A DNA stretch of 64,000 bases from a bacterium (GTDB lineage Bacteria > UBA8248), in the NCBI GenBank assembly GCA_965207065.1, contig OZ242260.1, forward strand, positions 3,520,001 to 3,584,000. The letters run 5' to 3'. Position 1 is the stretch's first letter. The number at the start of each line of letters is the position of its first letter. The notes under the pieces were generated by a model, which did no database searches, had not been told where the DNA came from, and was given only the letters and a program-made list of their open reading frames with translations. The translations under genes were made by a program, and so were the position numbers. Shown one piece after another: positions 1 to 9,673 of the stretch.

Positions 1-1260
1 GCCAAAAGTATTGTTGAGAAACCCTTGGATAAAAACATCCATCTTACCCATGGGAATCAGGACCCCGACGGCGAGAACCGCACCGGGCACAGCATATCCG
101 ATACTGGCGAACCGGGCAGTCGATTTCAGCAACTTGTTATCCTTCAGGCGCACAGCATAGGAAAGATAAATACCAGCCACTACGGATAAAGTTGCACTGA
201 GAGTTGATAAGACGAGGCTATTTGAAAGAATGGAATAAAAATCACGTGAAATGCTTTCTTCATAAAAGCCCCATGCGTAATAGCCTAAAATACATGATGG
301 CGCTATGAAGCCGAACCCGATCGGTAACAAACAGAAGCTCACCGCGCACAACATCTTTATGCCTCGTAATTGGTAATTTGGGAGGGCTTGAAATTTAGTG
401 AAAGTGCTAAAATATCTTTGATTGCTGCGCGATTTTCTCTCCGCCCACAAAAGAAGCAAGACAAAACAAAGAGCGACAACGGCAAGTTGAGCAGCGCCTG
501 ATAGATTATTCATGTTAAGCCACACGTCAAAGATTCCAGCCGTGAGCGTCTCAACTGCAAAGAAATCAACCGTCCCAAAGTCATTCAAGGCTTCCATCAG
601 AACCAGACTCACGCCGATGATCAGCGATGGTCGTGCCGAGGGCAGGGCGATGGAAAAAAAACTTTGCCATGCGGTTTTGCCCAAAGTTCTGCTCACCTCC
701 AATATACAAACCGATTGCTGCACAAAAGCGACGCGCGCGAGCAGGTAGACATAAGGGTAAAGCGTGACTGTCATCACAAAAATTGCGCCGCCGAGAGAAC
801 GTATCTCCGGAAACCAGTAGTCTCGACTTGATTCCCACCCAAAGATAGCTCGCAATAACGTCTGCACCGGGCCCGCATACTCAAATACGTCGGTATACAC
901 ATAGGCCACAACATACGCGGGCATCGCCAGGGGCAGGAGGAGCGCCCATTCAAATATTCGTCGTCCCGGGAATCGGCAAAGAGTCACCAACCAAGCAGTG
1001 CCGGCTCCGATGAGCAACGTACCTATGCCTACTCCCAGCATCAGTCCGATGGTGGTAATCACATAGCGTGACAATACAGTTGTGAGCAGGTGATGCCAGA
1101 TGTCACCACTAGGCTGCAGGGCGAGATAGCTTACCGATAGAAGAGGAGCCGCAATGAACAATGCGAGCAGAAGGGTTCCACTCGTCCAGAAATCTACTTG
1201 AAACCTTTTAGCCAAACGCCTAGGGAAGGCTACTATGTTTAATCCAGCACCTGCACTCAT
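1..1260 (-). CDS. Fe(III) ABC transporter permease (FbpB/FutB type), truncated by the window edge
   Basis: Manual translation of the minus strand from the ATG at 1260: MSAGAGLNIVAFP...DIWHHLLTTVLSRYVITT...AWLVTLCRFPGRRIFEWALLLPLAMPAYVVAYVYTD, typical of FbpB. Lies directly downstream of the Fe(III)-binding protein. Not in the ORF track because it runs off the window. Confidence 0.9.
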   Translation of the reverse strand, partial: MSAGAGLNIVAFPRRLAKRFQVDFWTSGTLLLALFIAAPLLSVSYLALQPSGDIWHHLLTTVLSRYVITTIGLMLGVGIGTLLIGAGTAWLVTLCRFPGRRIFEWALLLPLAMPAYVVAYVYTDVFEYAGPVQTLLRAIFGWESSRDYWFPEIRSLGGAIFVMTVTLYPYVYLLARVAFVQQSVCILEVSRTLGKTAWQSFFSIALPSARPSLIIGVSLVLMEALNDFGTVDFFAVETLTAGIFDVWLNMNNLSGAAQLAVVALCFVLLLLWAERKSRSNQRYFSTFTKFQALPNYQLRGIKMLCAVSFCLLPIGFGFIAPSCILGYYAWGFYEESISRDFYSILSNSLVLSTLSATLSVVAGIYLSYAVRLKDNKLLKSTARFASIGYAVPGAVLAVGVLIPMGKMDVFIQGFLNNTFG

Positions 1261-1325
1261 GCCATCCCTGCCACAAGACTTACTTCAAGTAATCGCCTCT
1301 CGGAATCTCTTGATATAAACAAAGA

Positions 1326-1372
1326 CCCCAAAAGCCTTTGTATCTGTAACCAGAATACTAAGACTTTTGGGG
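1326..1372 (-). terminator. Intergenic stem-loop between the binding protein and permease genes (terminator or mRNA-stabilising hairpin)
   Basis: ccccaaaagcctttgtat-ctgtaaccag-aatactaagacttttgggg is an imperfect inverted repeat. Confidence 0.5.
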
Positions 1373-1387
1373 CCTAGATACTAGCTG

Positions 1388-2458
1388 CTAATTACTGGGA
1401 CTGAAGTTGTTGTAATCTACCTTGTCCACCAGTTTGGAGGCGATAGCCCGCTTATTCGCCACTTTGGCCAAATTGATTGTATCGGCCTTGAATTTCCCCC
1501 ATGAATCGACAAGTGGGTGGGTCTTCACGCCCTTTTTCAACGGATATTCATAATTCTGCTCGGCGTAGAGTTTCTGCGCGTATTCGCCACTCAAGTACTC
1601 GATGAGGCGAACCGCGTTTTTCCGGTTTTTCGCATGCTTGGCAACGGCGGCGCCGCTGATGTTGACGTGCGCGCCCCTGTCCTTTTGATTCGGAAATACG
1701 ATGTATACGGCTTTCGCCCATTCTCTTTGAACTTTCTTTTTCTTGTTGGTTGCCATTTTCGCCATGTAATACGTATTGGCCAAAGCGAGATCGCATTCAC
1801 CTGCATGAATGGCTTTCGCTTGCGCACGATCGTTGCCGCTGGGCTTACGGGCGAGGTTGGACTTGAGGGCCATCAACCATTTCTTGGCTTTCGCTTCGCC
1901 CGAGTGTGCCACTATGGAAGCGAACAAGGATACGTTGTAAACGTGTTTTCCCGAACGCGTACAAATTTTGCCTTTCCATTTGGGGTCGGCCAGATCCTCA
2001 TAGCGGGTGATTGCTCCCGGCTTTACGCGCTTTTTGCTGGCATAGATGACGCGTCCGCGCAGCGTGAGACCAAACCAGTGGCCTTTTGGATGTCGATAGG
2101 AGGAGGGGATATTCTGCTCCAATACTTTCGACTGTACGGGCTGCAACAACCCTGCCTCATCCATGTCGTGGAGACGACCAATGTCCACAGTCAACACGGC
2201 ATCTGCCGCCCCTGGTGTCGCCTTGATTTTCTCGAGCATACCTTTTTTCGCAAAAACGATATTGGTCTTGATGCCCGTTTTTTCAGTGAACGCTTTCAGA
2301 ATCGGCTTGATGAGAAAAGGCTGCCGATAAGAATAGAGGTTTACGACCTCTTCGGCGTTGGCCGTGGTCTTGCCCAATGCCAGTATAGCCAAGATGACGA
2401 ACATGGAAATTCCAACGTACATCCTCGTACACTTTGCTCGGTTTAGTGCTGCAAACAT
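1388..2458 (-). CDS. Fe(III) ABC transporter substrate-binding protein (FutA/FbpA family)
   Basis: Signal peptide; motifs VNLYSYRQ, ADAVLTVDIGRL, WFGLTLRGRVIY, GNDRAQ, NTYY (tandem Tyr iron ligands), HVNISG, NYEYP. Confidence 0.92.
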   Translation of the reverse strand: MFAALNRAKCTRMYVGISMFVILAILALGKTTANAEEVVNLYSYRQPFLIKPILKAFTEKTGIKTNIVFAKKGMLEKIKATPGAADAVLTVDIGRLHDMDEAGLLQPVQSKVLEQNIPSSYRHPKGHWFGLTLRGRVIYASKKRVKPGAITRYEDLADPKWKGKICTRSGKHVYNVSLFASIVAHSGEAKAKKWLMALKSNLARKPSGNDRAQAKAIHAGECDLALANTYYMAKMATNKKKKVQREWAKAVYIVFPNQKDRGAHVNISGAAVAKHAKNRKNAVRLIEYLSGEYAQKLYAEQNYEYPLKKGVKTHPLVDSWGKFKADTINLAKVANKRAIASKLVDKVDYNNFSPSN

Positions 2459-2549
2459 AAGTTCCGTCTCCTGTGTAGCGTAGCGGCCATTTGGCGGGGT
2501 TACGTGAAGTTGGCTTCAGGGTGAGCCGGGGCACACAAACCCGTAAATT

Positions 2550-3104
2550 TCAGACTCGTCGTTTGGATTGCTTTATTTTTTGGGACATATCGTCGAAATC
2601 GATAACGCTGATGTCGCAATGGTAAGAACATGTCGGGCACGTATCGACACTCTCGCACGAGCGGCGAAACTGATGGAATTTCTCCAGGATTTCCTGATTA
2701 CCGTGCTCTTCGAAAAAGCGCAGGAGATCCAAAAACCGGTCTATGGAGTTGCCGCTCACGTAATGCTCCATCACGCAGGCGTCGACAAAGGCTTGTTCTT
2801 CTTCTACTCCCAATACGTCTATGAGGAAGTGCATTAGGATAGAGAATTTGCCCGATACGCTCTTAGCCCGTTTAGCGCCTTCTTCCGTTAAAAGAATGCT
2901 TTCGTAGACACGATGGGATACCAGTCCATTGGAGCGGAGTGTCTTTACGGCGGCAGAAACGGCCGGTTTCGCCACACCCAGCGTGGAGGCGATATCCGTT
3001 ACGCGCGCGTAACCTTTACTCTCCTGAAGGTCGAATATGGCGCGAAGATAATGTTCCAGACTGGGCGAAAGAGAACCGCGCGAATGTTGTGGCTGTGGAG
3101 TCAT
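2550..3104 (-). CDS. DtxR/MntR-family metal-dependent repressor with a Cys-rich C-terminus
   Basis: SLEHYLRAI...ARVTDIASTLGVAKPAVS (HTH)...LTEEG...FLIDVLGV...DACVMEH; tail CESVDTCPTCSYHC. Confidence 0.88.
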   Translation of the reverse strand: MTPQPQHSRGSLSPSLEHYLRAIFDLQESKGYARVTDIASTLGVAKPAVSAAVKTLRSNGLVSHRVYESILLTEEGAKRAKSVSGKFSILMHFLIDVLGVEEEQAFVDACVMEHYVSGNSIDRFLDLLRFFEEHGNQEILEKFHQFRRSCESVDTCPTCSYHCDISVIDFDDMSQKIKQSKRRV

Positions 3105-3122
3105 AGTTAAAATCCCTTTGGA

Positions 3123-3174
3123 AATTGAATGTTCAATTGTTGTGGTTAGGCAATAATGTTAAACACAATTAACA
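3123..3174. promoter_or_regulatory. AT-rich palindromes upstream of the DtxR-iron transporter genes (candidate operator)
   Basis: AATTGAA-TG-TTCAATT at 3123-3138 and TGTTAA-N6-TTAACA at 3157-3174. Confidence 0.45.
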
Positions 3175-3283
3175 ATGTTGCAAATTGTTTACCGATTGTC
3201 AATATAGAAATGGGAAATTTTTCGAATTATTTTGCAGATATTCAATGCAGGGCAAAAATTTACAAATCTGACTATCTCGCTTC

Positions 3284-4216
3284 TTACAATAAAGGTTGAA
3301 TAGCGCCCCTGACACCCGCCCATTCTCCCAATTTGCCCAAAACTACTTTTGATGAACTGCTCGATTGTTCGAAAGACCTCTCCTCCCAAGCCATCCGGGC
3401 AGTTGGCAGGAAATGTCCTTTCGCGTTCACCAGCCCTCCCACGAGAACGATTCTTTCCGGATTCAGCAAATTCATGATGTTGGCGATTCCAATTCCGAGC
3501 GCATAACCGCCATTTTCCCAGATTGTTCTTGCTTCAAGGTTCCCGGAGTCAGCCAGTTCGGATAAGCTGGCAGCTGAAATTTTATCAATCAACCCGATAG
3601 CGGAATCCGGGTATCGTTCCGCATGGTTCCTGGCGTCTCTTTCCAGAGCCCAGCCCGAAAAATAAGCTTCCAGGCACCCGCGGGAGCCACAAGTACACGG
3701 CTTGCCGTTTGTTTCGATTGCCATGTGGCCGATTTCTCCCGCCATTCCAGATGCCCCCCCCCAGATTTCTCCATTTTGCACAAATCCTCCTCCCACACCG
3801 GTGCCTAGCGTGAGAATGAACATGCTCTCGCATCCTACGCCCGCGCCAGCGAAAAATTCCCCCAAGGCAGCGGCATTCGCATCGTTCATCATCTGTGGCG
3901 GAATAGGGGAGAAGGAATCTTCCAACATCCCGAGAAGGGGAACTCCACAAAGAGCGGGCAAGTTGGGAGAGTCGATTACTTTGCCGGCATCCAGGTCCAG
4001 AACGCCTGCAACAGCAACCCCGATGCCTTTGAGATGTTTATTCGAAGAGAGGGATTTTGCGGCATCCTTGAATAAATCGAGGTAATCTTCCGGCCTAAGG
4101 CACCGCTGCGTATCCATGGAACAGCGCTCTTGTAATTCTCCATCCAAATCGAATGATGATGCCTTGAGAAAAGAACCCCCGAGATCGAAGCCAACATAGA
4201 TTTCGTTGCCGGGCAA
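3284..4216 (-). CDS. ROK family sugar kinase (glucokinase-like)
   Basis: DLGGS phosphate loop, NDANAAALGE, TLGTGVGGG, GEIGH, CTCGSRGCLE zinc motif; no HTH. Confidence 0.9.
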   Translation of the reverse strand: MPGNEIYVGFDLGGSFLKASSFDLDGELQERCSMDTQRCLRPEDYLDLFKDAAKSLSSNKHLKGIGVAVAGVLDLDAGKVIDSPNLPALCGVPLLGMLEDSFSPIPPQMMNDANAAALGEFFAGAGVGCESMFILTLGTGVGGGFVQNGEIWGGASGMAGEIGHMAIETNGKPCTCGSRGCLEAYFSGWALERDARNHAERYPDSAIGLIDKISAASLSELADSGNLEARTIWENGGYALGIGIANIMNLLNPERIVLVGGLVNAKGHFLPTARMAWEERSFEQSSSSSKVVLGKLGEWAGVRGAIQPLL

Positions 4217-4309
4217 TTGTCAAAACCTCAGCTCAGCCGAATTGTTGCTTTGTTTATCTGCCGTGCAGAATGCACCTGTAATGAGAATGAAAGTCGATTC
4301 AGTTCTTTT

Positions 4310-5080
4310 TCATTCATAGACCCAGGCCGTGGAGCCGACTGCTTTAGCGAAGCGGTCATATTGCTCAGCAGACGAAACCCTGGGGACATCGCCTTTGAAT
4401 TCGACTCTTGCAAAATAGCTCTCTGCATGAGAAAGCGTATCGTCCGTATCTATCATCAACGCGATACCGCCAATTTCGGGCGCCTCAGAACCAAAAACCG
4501 TAAAATAATCATCCATTACATTGCGTTTTTCGGTTATCCATCTGCCGAGATTATCTATGCCGCTTCTGACCACGATATAATGGACCATCGGGTTTTTACG
4601 ACTTCTCAGTATCGACCCTTCAGGCGCACTCGTGTCCCAGACGTAACCAATCAGTCGGCTATTGATAAAACTAGGGAACCGGGGAAATACGACATAAATA
4701 CCAGCCGCCTGGTCATCAGATTCAACATTCCTCGCATCCGCGCCCTTGGGGAGTTCCGTTACTTTCCATTTCCATGAAAGAACCGGAAACTTCTTGAGAT
4801 CCAGTTTCACTTCCCGGTAAATAGAAACAGACGCTTTTTCGCTTCTCATGCGAAGCACTTTCGCATGTCTGTTGAAATCCCGGATCAGTCGAACATCGGC
4901 CTTTCCATGCCATACCTTGAGTGCCCACCCTTTTGGCAATTGGTCGGAATTGTTCTGAGCCGGACTCAAGGCGAAGTCCGTCACGATCATATTTCCCTTC
5001 TGGGCATACGCAGGGCCAGGCAGTTGGATGGTCGCAAATATCGCCAGAGCGGCGAAAATAGCCGGATAGATATACTTCAT
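4310..5080 (-). CDS. Secreted DUF3047-like protein
   Basis: Signal peptide; LSWKWKV...DDQAAGIYVVF...IGYVW...GRWITEKRNVMDDY...IALMIDTDDT pattern. Confidence 0.75.
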   Translation of the reverse strand: MKYIYPAIFAALAIFATIQLPGPAYAQKGNMIVTDFALSPAQNNSDQLPKGWALKVWHGKADVRLIRDFNRHAKVLRMRSEKASVSIYREVKLDLKKFPVLSWKWKVTELPKGADARNVESDDQAAGIYVVFPRFPSFINSRLIGYVWDTSAPEGSILRSRKNPMVHYIVVRSGIDNLGRWITEKRNVMDDYFTVFGSEAPEIGGIALMIDTDDTLSHAESYFARVEFKGDVPRVSSAEQYDRFAKAVGSTAWVYE

Positions 5081-5150
5081 CAGTATGTCCTATGGATTTC
5101 TCAACGATTGGGCGACCGCGGAATCACGGATAACCGCTGAGAGTTAGGCG

Positions 5151-6506
5151 TTAACAGCAATTCACCAACAAAATGACCAAATCCATTACATTGGTTCCAC
5201 TTGGTCCGGTGTATACACAAGCTCTCCGGCGGCGGAGGAAAACATGACTATTATTATCGCGCAAATGTGCATAAGGGTCAAGCCCTTGATTTTGCGTTGT
5301 TTTAGCTGTTTTACCATCGACGATCGCACCTGCGGCATCAGTTGGCCCGTCTTTTCCATCGGTACCCGCAGCGAGAAGGCAGATGTTCTTATGGCCGCCA
5401 ATCTCAATGGCGAAAGACAGAGCGAGTTCCTGGCACCTGCCACCCACACCATTTCCCAACACTTTGACTGTAGTTTCGCCGCCATACAGAAGGCATTGAG
5501 GTGAGTTTTTTTTGCGTGAATTGTCTAAAATCCCTTTGGCGTCTTCCGCGATAGATTTACCCGCGTCTTTGGCTTCGCCGCTGAGAGAATCGGATTGCAC
5601 CTTCACGCTGTAGCCCATGGATTTGGCTTTTTCGTATACGGCTTTGATGGCGATTTTGTTGTTTGCCACTACATGGTGGCTCACACGACTGAATATCTTG
5701 TCCCCCAGAACAGGGGTATCTGGGATATCTCCCCGGCAACCAGCTTCAATCCTTTTTTTGATTGCTTCTGGCATATCACGGAACACACCGTAGCGCTGCA
5801 AGTACACTTTAGCCTGAGAGAACGTGGTCGAATCACCGGAAGCAGGACCTGAGCCAATCACATCCAGGGGGTCACCAATCACGTCCGATACGAGAAGAAC
5901 GATCATACGGGCAGGGAACACTTTCTGGGCCAGATTACCGCCTTTAAGTTCGGACAAGTGTTTGCGCACGCAATTGAGAGCTTCTATTGGGGCGCCTGCT
6001 AGCAGCAGTGAATTCGTGACGGATTGTTTATCCTCGAGAGAAATTCCGGGCGCAGGTGCGGGCATCAGAGCTGAGCCTCCACCGGATAGCAGGAATAACA
6101 CCATATCCTCTTTCCGGGCGCCGGCAGCCAATTCTTCTATTTTCCGGGAGGCTTCCAAACCTGAGCTGTCGGGTACAGGGTGCGAAGCTTCGAGAATTTC
6201 AATGGATCTACACCTTTCGCCATAGCCATATTGGGTGACGACGGCGCCACCATCAATTCGATTTCCGAGACGCCGCTCAACCGCACGCGCCATTTGAGAG
6301 CTCGCCTTCCCCGCGCCTAAAACGAGTATGCTCCCCGTCTCATTTAGGGATATTTTTTGTTTGCCCAAAATGAGAAAATCATTGTCCTTATCCTTTTCGA
6401 CTTTCATATAACGATAAACAGCTTCACCTGCATGAACGGCATTCAGTCCGGCCCGGAAGATGGCGCGCGCCTCTCTTTTGAGGGATCTTCTGCGTTTTGA
6501 TTGCAT
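5151..6506 (-). CDS. Glycerate 2-kinase (MOFRL/DUF4147 family)
   Basis: GAGKAS, ASHPVPD, LLSGGGSAL, SDVIGDPLDVIGSGP, GGETTV, GGRCQE, GTDGKDG, TGPSGTNVMD. Start is probably the ATG at 6506 or 6518, not 6668. Confidence 0.9.
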   Translation of the reverse strand: MQSKRRRSLKREARAIFRAGLNAVHAGEAVYRYMKVEKDKDNDFLILGKQKISLNETGSILVLGAGKASSQMARAVERRLGNRIDGGAVVTQYGYGERCRSIEILEASHPVPDSSGLEASRKIEELAAGARKEDMVLFLLSGGGSALMPAPAPGISLEDKQSVTNSLLLAGAPIEALNCVRKHLSELKGGNLAQKVFPARMIVLLVSDVIGDPLDVIGSGPASGDSTTFSQAKVYLQRYGVFRDMPEAIKKRIEAGCRGDIPDTPVLGDKIFSRVSHHVVANNKIAIKAVYEKAKSMGYSVKVQSDSLSGEAKDAGKSIAEDAKGILDNSRKKNSPQCLLYGGETTVKVLGNGVGGRCQELALSFAIEIGGHKNICLLAAGTDGKDGPTDAAGAIVDGKTAKTTQNQGLDPYAHLRDNNSHVFLRRRRACVYTGPSGTNVMDLVILLVNCC

Positions 6507-6635
6507 ATTTCGAGTCATCTCATCGATCGGTGAACAGTATACGGGTAATGCTTCGCCCTTTGCCTTGATTCGATGTAATCTTGACTTTACATGAATCCAG
6601 TTATTCTTTCCTGGCAGAACAGTAAAGGAGAAGGA

Positions 6636-7640
6636 GTGGTAAGTGTAGGAATAATCGCGAACCCGCAATCAGGTAAAGACATCCGGAGGCTGGTGGCGCT
6701 GGCAAGTTCTTTCAGTAACAACGAAAAGGTTTTGATGCTTCGCCGAGTGATGGCGGGGATTTCTGCAATTGGACTGGATAATATCCTGATGTTCAATGAT
6801 CTCGGTTCCCTGGGCGCTGTCGCTGTGGATGGGTTTCGTCATGAGAACAAAAACCCGAAAGTGCAACTCTTTGAAGTGGATGCCAGTGGAGAAACGGCTG
6901 ACTCCACCAAAGCGGCTTACAAACTCGCTGAACTGGGCGTTCGATGTATCATTGTTCTCGGAGGGGATGGCACTTGTCGCGCTGTCGCCAAAGGGTGCAG
7001 CAAAATTCCCCTGATCCCTTTATCCACTGGGACGAACAATGCCTTTCCGTTTTCCTGGGAAGGAACTGTGGCCGGTATGGCCGCGGCTTTTTATGCCCTT
7101 CACCCAAGAGTATATGGAAGCGAGAAAAAGGTGACGAAACAGCTTCATGTGAGCCTTGATGGTAAATCCGAAAGTGCCCTGGTTGATATCGCTATCATCA
7201 AGGAATCATTCTATGGGGCGCGTGCAGTCTGGGACATCGGGCGCGTGGACTCGGTGGCGCTGACCAGAAGCGAGCCCGGGCGTTTGGGGCTGTCTTCACT
7301 AGGTGCGAGTTTGCGTCCGATTGATTCGAATGAACCAGTGGGGTTGTGGTTGAAGCTGGGAGCGAAGAGCAAATCCAATCAACGCATTATTTCGGCAATC
7401 GGACCTGGGCAGGTTGCTTCCGCCAAGGTATTGGAACACAAGGTCGTCAAACTTGGAGAAACCATAAAATATCGAGCACCAGATGTTCGCGTGCTGGCCT
7501 TCGATGGGGAACGGGAATACTTGTTAAGCAAGAGGGAAGAAATAGAAATAACGCTGGAACTCGATGGGCCTGCGATACTGAATGTTCCTGCGATATTGAA
7601 AAAGGCGGCCATCCGAGGCGATCTTCAAACGAAGAATTGA
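6636..7640 (+). CDS. ATP-NAD kinase-family protein (AcoX-like)
   Basis: VGIIANPQSGKDIRRLVA N-terminus, GGDGT, STGTNNAFP, AFDGERE. Start approximate (GTG after GGAG). Confidence 0.8.
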   Translation: MVSVGIIANPQSGKDIRRLVALASSFSNNEKVLMLRRVMAGISAIGLDNILMFNDLGSLGAVAVDGFRHENKNPKVQLFEVDASGETADSTKAAYKLAELGVRCIIVLGGDGTCRAVAKGCSKIPLIPLSTGTNNAFPFSWEGTVAGMAAAFYALHPRVYGSEKKVTKQLHVSLDGKSESALVDIAIIKESFYGARAVWDIGRVDSVALTRSEPGRLGLSSLGASLRPIDSNEPVGLWLKLGAKSKSNQRIISAIGPGQVASAKVLEHKVVKLGETIKYRAPDVRVLAFDGEREYLLSKREEIEITLELDGPAILNVPAILKKAAIRGDLQTKN

Positions 7641-7693
7641 CGTCTTTGAAAAGACTTTTCACCCCTGGAGGGGAAGAAAATTTTTTTCTGTAG

Positions 7694-7722
7694 TTGACAA
7701 AAGAAGGCCAAGTGACTATTTT
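7694..7722 (+). promoter_or_regulatory. sigma70-type promoter of the Gld-like ABC operon
   Basis: TTGACA (7694-7699), 17 nt spacer, TATTTT (7717-7722). Confidence 0.7.
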
Positions 7723-7726
7723 TATT

Positions 7727-7753
7727 TTGGCACTCAGCGCTATCGAGTGCCAA
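7727..7753. promoter_or_regulatory. CIRCE element (HrcA operator)
   Basis: TTGGCACTC-AGCGCTATC-GAGTGCCAA: perfect 9-bp inverted repeat with a 9-nt spacer, differing from TTAGCACTC-N9-GAGTGCTAA by one symmetric substitution; immediately after the -10 box. Confidence 0.85.
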
Positions 7754-7919
7754 GGCATTGATAAATAAAGAATTTAACGGGTTATCCTGTTCATCTCAGA
7801 AGTTTCGGGATGTTTTTTTTACACAAATGTATCGGTCAACTTGATATCTGAAAAGTGAAGAACGGCTTTGGCACCATTGTGGCGAATGATTATGGATAGC
7901 ATTTTTTAGGGAGTTCTTC

Positions 7920-8900
7920 GTGATTCGAGTTGAGAACCTTACAAAATATTACGGTAATCTCCGTGGTGTGACGGATATATCCTTTCGAGTCGAAGAAGGT
8001 GAGGTGCTCGGTTTTCTTGGGCCCAATGGCGCCGGAAAATCTACGACCATGCGCATTTTGACGGGGTATATGCCTCCAAACTCAGGTTCCGCCTGGGTGG
8101 CTGACATCAATGTCTCGGAATCACCGCTGGAAGCCCAGAAAAATCTCGGATATCTCCCGGAAACCAATCCGTTATACGCAGAGATGACCGTTAGAGCCTA
8201 TTTAAATTTTGTTGCATCCATGAAAGGTATGAGCGGGACGGATAAAGAAGCCGGCATTCGGAGGGTTGTCGGCAGTTGCGGCCTCGAGGATGTCGCCCAC
8301 CGTCTCATCGGCAATCTCTCGAAAGGATATCGTCAGCGTGTCGGATTGGCGCAGGCAATGGTGAACGACCCGCCTGTGTTGATTCTTGATGAACCCACAT
8401 CAGGCCTCGACCCGGCTCAGATTGTGGAAATCCGGAATTTGATTTCTGAACTCAAGGGCAACCGAACCCTTATTCTAAGCACGCATATTCTTCCTGAAGT
8501 AAACATGGTTTGCGATCGGGTTGTCATCATCCACCAGGGCCGGATAGCAGCCGAGGGAGCTCTCGATACGCTGGCGGCAGACATGCAGGCCGACTCGATG
8601 ATACGCATTTCGGCAGTCGGAGTCACCGACGCGCTGTCCGGTAAAATGAAAATGGTATCAGGGGTTGAACGCGTAGAACTTGTAGGTACTTCAACTGGAG
8701 AGGAAGCGCATTTCGATGTGCACGCAAAAGGCGGTGATGACATTCGCTCTGACTTGGTTGCCGCTGTTTTCGCGGCGGAGGGGAAACTGACTGAAATTCG
8801 CCAGATGAGGCTTACGCTGGAAGACCTTTTTGTTCGTATCGTGAGTGGAGAGCAGAAACACGATGAGGAAACTGTTGATGAGGAACCTGTAAATGCATAA
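7920..8900 (+). CDS. ABC transporter ATP-binding protein (GldA-like)
   Basis: GPNGAGKST, LSKGYRQRVGLAQA, LILDEPT, STHILPEV. Confidence 0.9.
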   Translation: MIRVENLTKYYGNLRGVTDISFRVEEGEVLGFLGPNGAGKSTTMRILTGYMPPNSGSAWVADINVSESPLEAQKNLGYLPETNPLYAEMTVRAYLNFVASMKGMSGTDKEAGIRRVVGSCGLEDVAHRLIGNLSKGYRQRVGLAQAMVNDPPVLILDEPTSGLDPAQIVEIRNLISELKGNRTLILSTHILPEVNMVCDRVVIIHQGRIAAEGALDTLAADMQADSMIRISAVGVTDALSGKMKMVSGVERVELVGTSTGEEAHFDVHAKGGDDIRSDLVAAVFAAEGKLTEIRQMRLTLEDLFVRIVSGEQKHDEETVDEEPVNA

Positions 8901-9669
8901 CACCTTTTACATATGCCGACGCGAACTAACCTCGTTTTTCTTCTCGCCTATCGCTTATGTCATCCTTGCCGCATGGACGGTATTGATGGGATTCTTCTAT
9001 TCTGGCGCTTTTCTCTCCTACGCCGTCGTATCAATGCAATTGGCCAGAAATCCCCAGGCGGCAGCTCAATACAACATCACGCCGACTTCCGCTGTTCTGG
9101 AACCGGTTTTTTCCAGCGTCACCGTGATTCTCTTGTTCGTCGCTCCGTTGCTTACAATGCGCCTGTTCAGTGAAGAGAAAAAACAGGGCACCATAGAGCT
9201 GATGCTCACCTTCCCACTGCGCAACGGCCAATTATTCGCCGGCAAGTATCTCTCCGTTTTATTCATCTATTTGATAATGCTGGCAATTACTATCGTATAT
9301 CCGATTATTCTGAGTGCTTTCGTCAAGGTGGATTGGACCATCGTTTCCTCGGCCTATCTGGGAATGGTATTGACGGGCATGGCGTTCCTTTCCGTTGGCC
9401 TTTTGGCCAGTTCATGGACCTCGAACCAGATCGTCGCAGCCATGCTTGCCTTCATGATCCTTCTCGCAACTTTCCTGGTAGAAGCGCTCGCAATATCGGC
9501 CGGGGAGCCGTTATCTTCGATACTCAGGCATCTTTCATTGGGCATGCATTTGCGAAATTTCATTCGAGGCATCGTCGATACGCGCGACGTTATTTATCTC
9601 ATCAACATCAACCTCTTATGTGGTTTCCTCGTGCTCAGATCACTTGAATACTATAGGTGGAGAGGGTAG
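8893..9669 (+). CDS. ABC-2 type permease (GldF-like)
   Basis: RELTSFFFSPIAYV, PLLTMRLFSEEKKQGTIELMLT, several TM helices; overlaps the ATPase stop. Confidence 0.88.
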   Translation: MHNTFYICRRELTSFFFSPIAYVILAAWTVLMGFFYSGAFLSYAVVSMQLARNPQAAAQYNITPTSAVLEPVFSSVTVILLFVAPLLTMRLFSEEKKQGTIELMLTFPLRNGQLFAGKYLSVLFIYLIMLAITIVYPIILSAFVKVDWTIVSSAYLGMVLTGMAFLSVGLLASSWTSNQIVAAMLAFMILLATFLVEALAISAGEPLSSILRHLSLGMHLRNFIRGIVDTRDVIYLININLLCGFLVLRSLEYYRWRG

Positions 9670-9673
9670 GAAC

